Of a DNA stretch of 64,000 nucleotides, positions 59,690 through 64,000 are shown in pieces. Location: assembly GCA_964016885.1 (NCBI GenBank), contig OZ024744.1, positions 114,514,001-114,578,000 on the forward strand, in the 5' to 3' direction. Numbering within the stretch: position 1 is the stretch's first letter; each line of letters starts with the position of its first letter. Source of the DNA: Eledone cirrhosa. Lineage: Eukaryota. The position numbers were made by a program, and so were the translations under genes. The notes beneath the pieces were generated by a model. The model saw only the letters and a program-made list of their open reading frames with translations. It did no database searches and was not told where the DNA came from.

Positions 59690-61386
59690 AAGCCAAAACA
59701 ATGCAGGTATGGACATAGAATTAAGAATGCAAATGCAAAAGATATTGTTGACAATTAGTCTTTTACCTTAGATTTATTTAAATGTCCTAAATTTTCGAGA
59801 TAATATCTCATCTTCAGAGGGAACTAAAGTTGTCAAACCAGTGTTCTAAATAGTTTGCCAAGTCATGCTGGCAGGAAATGGTATAGAGTATCTGTTCTAT
59901 CTCTAATGTCAAAGAGTTAAGATTAGGTGGATAAAGAGTAGTCTCCCTTTAAGAGGTTTTTTTTATTTTTTTTTTATACATGCCTGTTTAAGTGTGTGGG
60001 AGAATGCATGAAGGTGTAAGTAAAGTGAGTGTGTGTGTGTGTGAGTGTGAGAAGATATGTCTATACGTAAATATGGGGGATAGATGTTATCTCGTGTTAG
60101 AACTGGTTTTGTCTGTGTATGTGTGAGAGAGAATAAGTGGAGGTGTAAGCGTGTGTGTGCGTGCGTGTGTGCGTGTGTGTTTGTGTGGGGTGTGTGTAAA
60201 TTTGGGGCTAGGAGCTTATCAAGTTATAAATTGGGTGTTGAGTTCTAGTCTATTATTGATTGGTGGTTGTGTTTTGTCTATAATTAGTGCTTCCTTAATT
60301 CTAAGATTGCCGAGGTTTCTTTCCTTAGTTTCTATCCTAACTGTTATGGTTTTGTCGGTGTTTTTGCATTTAACTAGGTGTTTCTTAAATGAGGAAGCGT
60401 TAGTATTGATGTGTTCTTTTATTCTTATGTGGAGTGGTCTGGTGGTGCTACCTACGCAGAAGTTGCTGCATTTGTCACCCTCTAGTCTGTATACCACGTA
60501 AGCCTGGTGGCATAGGTCTATGTCGTTGATGGGACAGTTGGCTAGTCTGCAGCAGTTGTCATGTCTGGTGGAGTGTCTTTTGGTTAGCTGACCGCGTAGA
60601 GAAGGACCTGAGTGGGCCAGTTGGATATCTAGTCCCTCTCGTCTGATAGCTCTGCGGATGGCTGTTGTTGTTTCTTCACTGAAGTGTGGGAGCTTCAGGA
60701 AGCAAGTGTTAGTGCCTCGGGTGTGGTGTCCTCTGTTCTTTCTGGCACGGCTTGTGGTGGATGTCGTGTATCCGTTCAGTTTGAGTACTTCCAGGAAATG
60801 TGTGGTGTGTGTGTCTCGGTCTCTAGCGTCGGTGCATTTGTTCCGGATACGTGCCAGTTCGTTCCTTATGTATCCGAACTTGGCACCGAGTGGGTGGGCC
60901 GATCTGAAATGTACGAACAGGTCCCTGCTGGCGGATTTTTTATAGAAGCAGGTGTGGATGTTGCCTTCCTCTGTTACCCTGAGTTGGAAGTCCAGTAGGG
61001 ATAGGGATCCGCGGTCATCGGGGTGTTCCATGCTGAAATTTATACTGGCGTCCATGCTAGAGAATGTTGTGTATATTTTATCTGCCTCCTCACGGGATGA
61101 TGTAAGGATGAGTATGTCATCTACATATCGGGTGAAGAAGGTATGGGAATGGCAGGTGTTGAGGGCTCGGCATTCTAGCTGGTTCATGTAGGTGATGGCC
61201 AGCAGGCCCGATAGGCTGGATCCCATGGGTAATCCTGTTGTCTGTCTGTATGTGTGGTGGTGGAAGGTGAAGTACGTATTGTCTACTGTGAAGGACAAAA
61301 GCTGGTGTATGTCCGTCGGGTGGAGGCCGTAGCAGTGGATGTCCTCTGCGACCACGCAGCCCGTCAATAAATCGACAGCTGGATGA
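59690..61386 (-). mobile_element. Inverted 3' copy of a Penelope/Poseidon-like PLE
   Basis: ORF 60219-61367 (GLPMGSSLSG, RYVDDI, LLDF, GIY-YIG); reverse complement of 62667-64000. Confidence 0.93.
59748..59836 (-). ncRNA. Type-I hammerhead (partly degenerate) in the PLE 3'UTR
   Basis: ttgacaa..ttagttccct CTGAAGA t gagat-att-atctc GAAA atttag..ctaagg TA aaagactaattgtcaa. Confidence 0.62.
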
Positions 61387-64000
61387 CAAATTATGGCTCG
61401 ACATAGAAACGAATTTCTGTCGGGCTGCCTACCAACTAAATTGGATATCGAATCTCGGCAACAACACCATGGAATCTATCAAACCCAGATACCCGATATA
61501 CCAACTGGATCGCCCACTCTGTCCACCGCCTGCCAACCGCGAGCTTGAAGAAAAACTCTCGAGGCTAAAACATTCCGTATTTAACATCTTACGGAAAGAG
61601 AAGAAGATAGCCCCTAACCTCTCCAGGACACAACAACTCGCCCTGAAGAACCTACGGAATAGGGAACTTATATACTTACCATCCGACAAAGGTGTAGCGA
61701 CGCTGGTTGGTCAGTCTAGTCACTACTTCTGATCAGATCCGAGAATAGCCCTTAGAAGGACTGTTATCGCATACGGTCTGATCAGATATGAAGATAGCCC
61801 TTAAAAGGACAGTTGTCGCATATAGCCCTTAAAAGAACTGTTGAGGATGGACAGACAAAAGCACAAGTTGAAAGGACGAAGCAAGGCGAGATGTAAATTC
61901 GATCAGCTATTTATTTTCCCATGAAGCGACGATACGGGGTACAAGGCGTGTGTGAGTGACAAAGCGTGGCAGGGGCGAGGAACAACGATGCGCGGGTTGA
62001 CTCTGAAAAAGTCGACTGGCGAAAGTGTTTGGAACCACTCTATTTATACAGGAACAATCTTTTGTTGTTTAGTCGATGTGTAGACGTTTATTCTGGTAGG
62101 TTCTAAGGGTTCTTTTGTTTCACGTTGAGTAGCTAGCTAACAGGTAGATGGCGCTGTATATTTCACAGCTGTTATTTCTGGTGGCTGTACAAAGGTAAAG
62201 AGTTTTGCGTCATCTCTCAAGCCACATACAACAACCTAGCCTTTGAACACCTAAGCGACAATGAATTATACACAGAGATCCCGGACATGACTGCAGCCCA
62301 GATCGAAAAACAGACCAACTCCATCTGGTTCGACATCTGTAGGAGAAGACAACTCCCAAATAAAGTTAAGCTCAACTACACCACTAGAAATAGCAGACTG
62401 CCCACTTTCTACCACCTCATCAAGACCCACAATAATAGTACTAATACGCAAATAAGACCCATCGTCTCTAGCATAGAAGGACCCCTATACAAAATTTCCT
62501 GGCTCCTCTCCCAGGTCCTCAAGCCTCTACTCTCCACCTTTCCCGGGCATGTCAGTAGCTCTGACGAAGTCATACGTAGACTACACCAACTCCAGCCAGA
62601 ACAACTTAAACTAAATAGTTACGCCTTTAGCCTCGACGTTGTCTCCCTCTACACTACAGTCCCCGCTCATCCAGCTGTCGATTTATTGACGGACTGCGTG
62701 GTCGCAGAGGACATCCACTGCTACGGCCTCCACCCGACGGACATACACCAGCTTCTGTCCTTCACAGTAGACAACACGTACTTCACCTTCCACCACCACA
62801 CATACAGACAGACAACAGGATTACCCATGGGATCCAGCCTATCGGGCCTGCTGGCCATCACCTACATGAACCAGCTAGAATGCCGAGCCCTCAACACCTG
62901 CCATTCCCATACCTTCTTTACCCGATATGTAGATGACATACTCATCCTTACATCATCCCGTGAGGAGGCAGATAAAATATACACAACATTCTCCAGCATG
63001 GACGCCAGTATAAAGTTCAGCATGAAACACCCCGATGACCGCGGATCCCTATCCCTACTAGACTTCCAGCTCAGGGTAACAGAGGAAGGCAACATCCACA
63101 CCTGCTTCTATAAAAAAGCCACCAGCAGGGACCTGTTCGTACATTTCAGATCGGCCCTCCCACTCGGTGCCAAGTTCGGATACATAAGGAACGAACTGGC
63201 ACGTATCCGGAACAAATGCACCGACGCTAGAGACCGAGACACACACACCACACATTTCCTGGAAGTACTCAAACTGAACGGATACACGACAACCACCACA
63301 AGCCGTGCCAGAAAGAATAGAGGACACCACACCCGAGGTACTAACACTTGCTTCCTGAAGCTCGCACACTTAAGTGAAGAAACAACAACAGCCATCCGCA
63401 GAGCCATCAGACGAGAGGGACTAGATATCCAACTGGCCCACTCAGGTCCTTCTCTACGCGGACAGCTAACCAAAAGACACTCCACCAGACATGACAACTG
63501 CTACAGACTAGCCAACTGTCCCATCAACGACACAGACCTATGCCACCAGGCTTACGTCGTATACAGACTAGAGTGTGACAAATGCAACAACTTCTACGTA
63601 TGTAGCACCACCAGACCACTCCACATAAGAATAAAAGAACACCTCAATACTAACGCTTCCTCATTTAAGAAACACCTAGTTAAATGCAAAAACACCGACA
63701 AAACCATAACTGTTAGGATATAAACTAAGGAAAGAAACCTCGGCAATCTTAGAATTAAGGAAGCACTAATTATAGACAAAACACAACCACCAATCAATAA
63801 TAGACTAGAACTCAACACCCAATTTATAATTTGATAGAGCTCCTAGTCCCATATTTACACACAGCCCACACACACACGCGCACACGCACGCACACACACA
63901 CACACCCACACACACACGCTTACACCTCCACTTATTCTCTCTCACACATACACACACAAAACCAGTTCTAACACGAGATAACATCTATCCCCTACATTTA
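61387..64000 (+). mobile_element. Penelope/Poseidon-like PLE (RT + GIY-YIG), interrupted by a solo LTR; runs off the window
   Basis: PSDKG|KEFCV split by the insertion; ORF 62287-63723 with FYHLIKTHN, RPIVS, SLDVVSLYT, RYVDDI; premature TAA at 63721. Confidence 0.93.
61693..62191 (-). mobile_element. Solo LTR (~500 bp)
   Basis: TGTA...TACA termini; perfect AAGG TSD (61689-61692 / 62192-62195); TATAAATA and AATAAA on the minus strand; internal ~49-bp repeats. Confidence 0.88.

Overview
Eukaryotic, gene-free, AT/microsatellite-rich region made almost entirely of nested transposable elements. The repeat content ((TA)n/(CA)n seas, RTE LINEs with (GAT)n tails, the GGTTGGTGTTAGGAAGGGCATCCAGCCGTAGAAA motif) suggests an octopus or other coleoid cephalopod; this is an inference. 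I see no host exons, rRNA, tRNA or CRISPR. Contents: about 10 Penelope-like element (PLE) copies or fragments of three types (Naiad-like, Neptune-like, Penelope/Poseidon-like); one intact RTE LINE (APE-RT-3xC2H2); three degenerate RTE LINEs carrying a PHD finger inside the RT; a CR1-like fragment; two deleted LTR elements; two solo LTRs; and a hAT (hATm-like) transposon with an 8-bp TSD. The main signal not visible in the ORF track is RNA structure. About 19 type-I hammerhead ribozyme motifs, plus several remnants, can be read by eye on both strands. Many have palindromic stem III and some show U3-A8 compensatory cores. Several sit in ORF-less fold-back palindromes. RTE 5'UTRs also carry conserved pseudoknot modules that are shared with a non-autonomous bipartite element and, in one family, appear in the 3'UTR instead. 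All structures and alignments were made by eye, and coordinates of degenerate elements are approximate.
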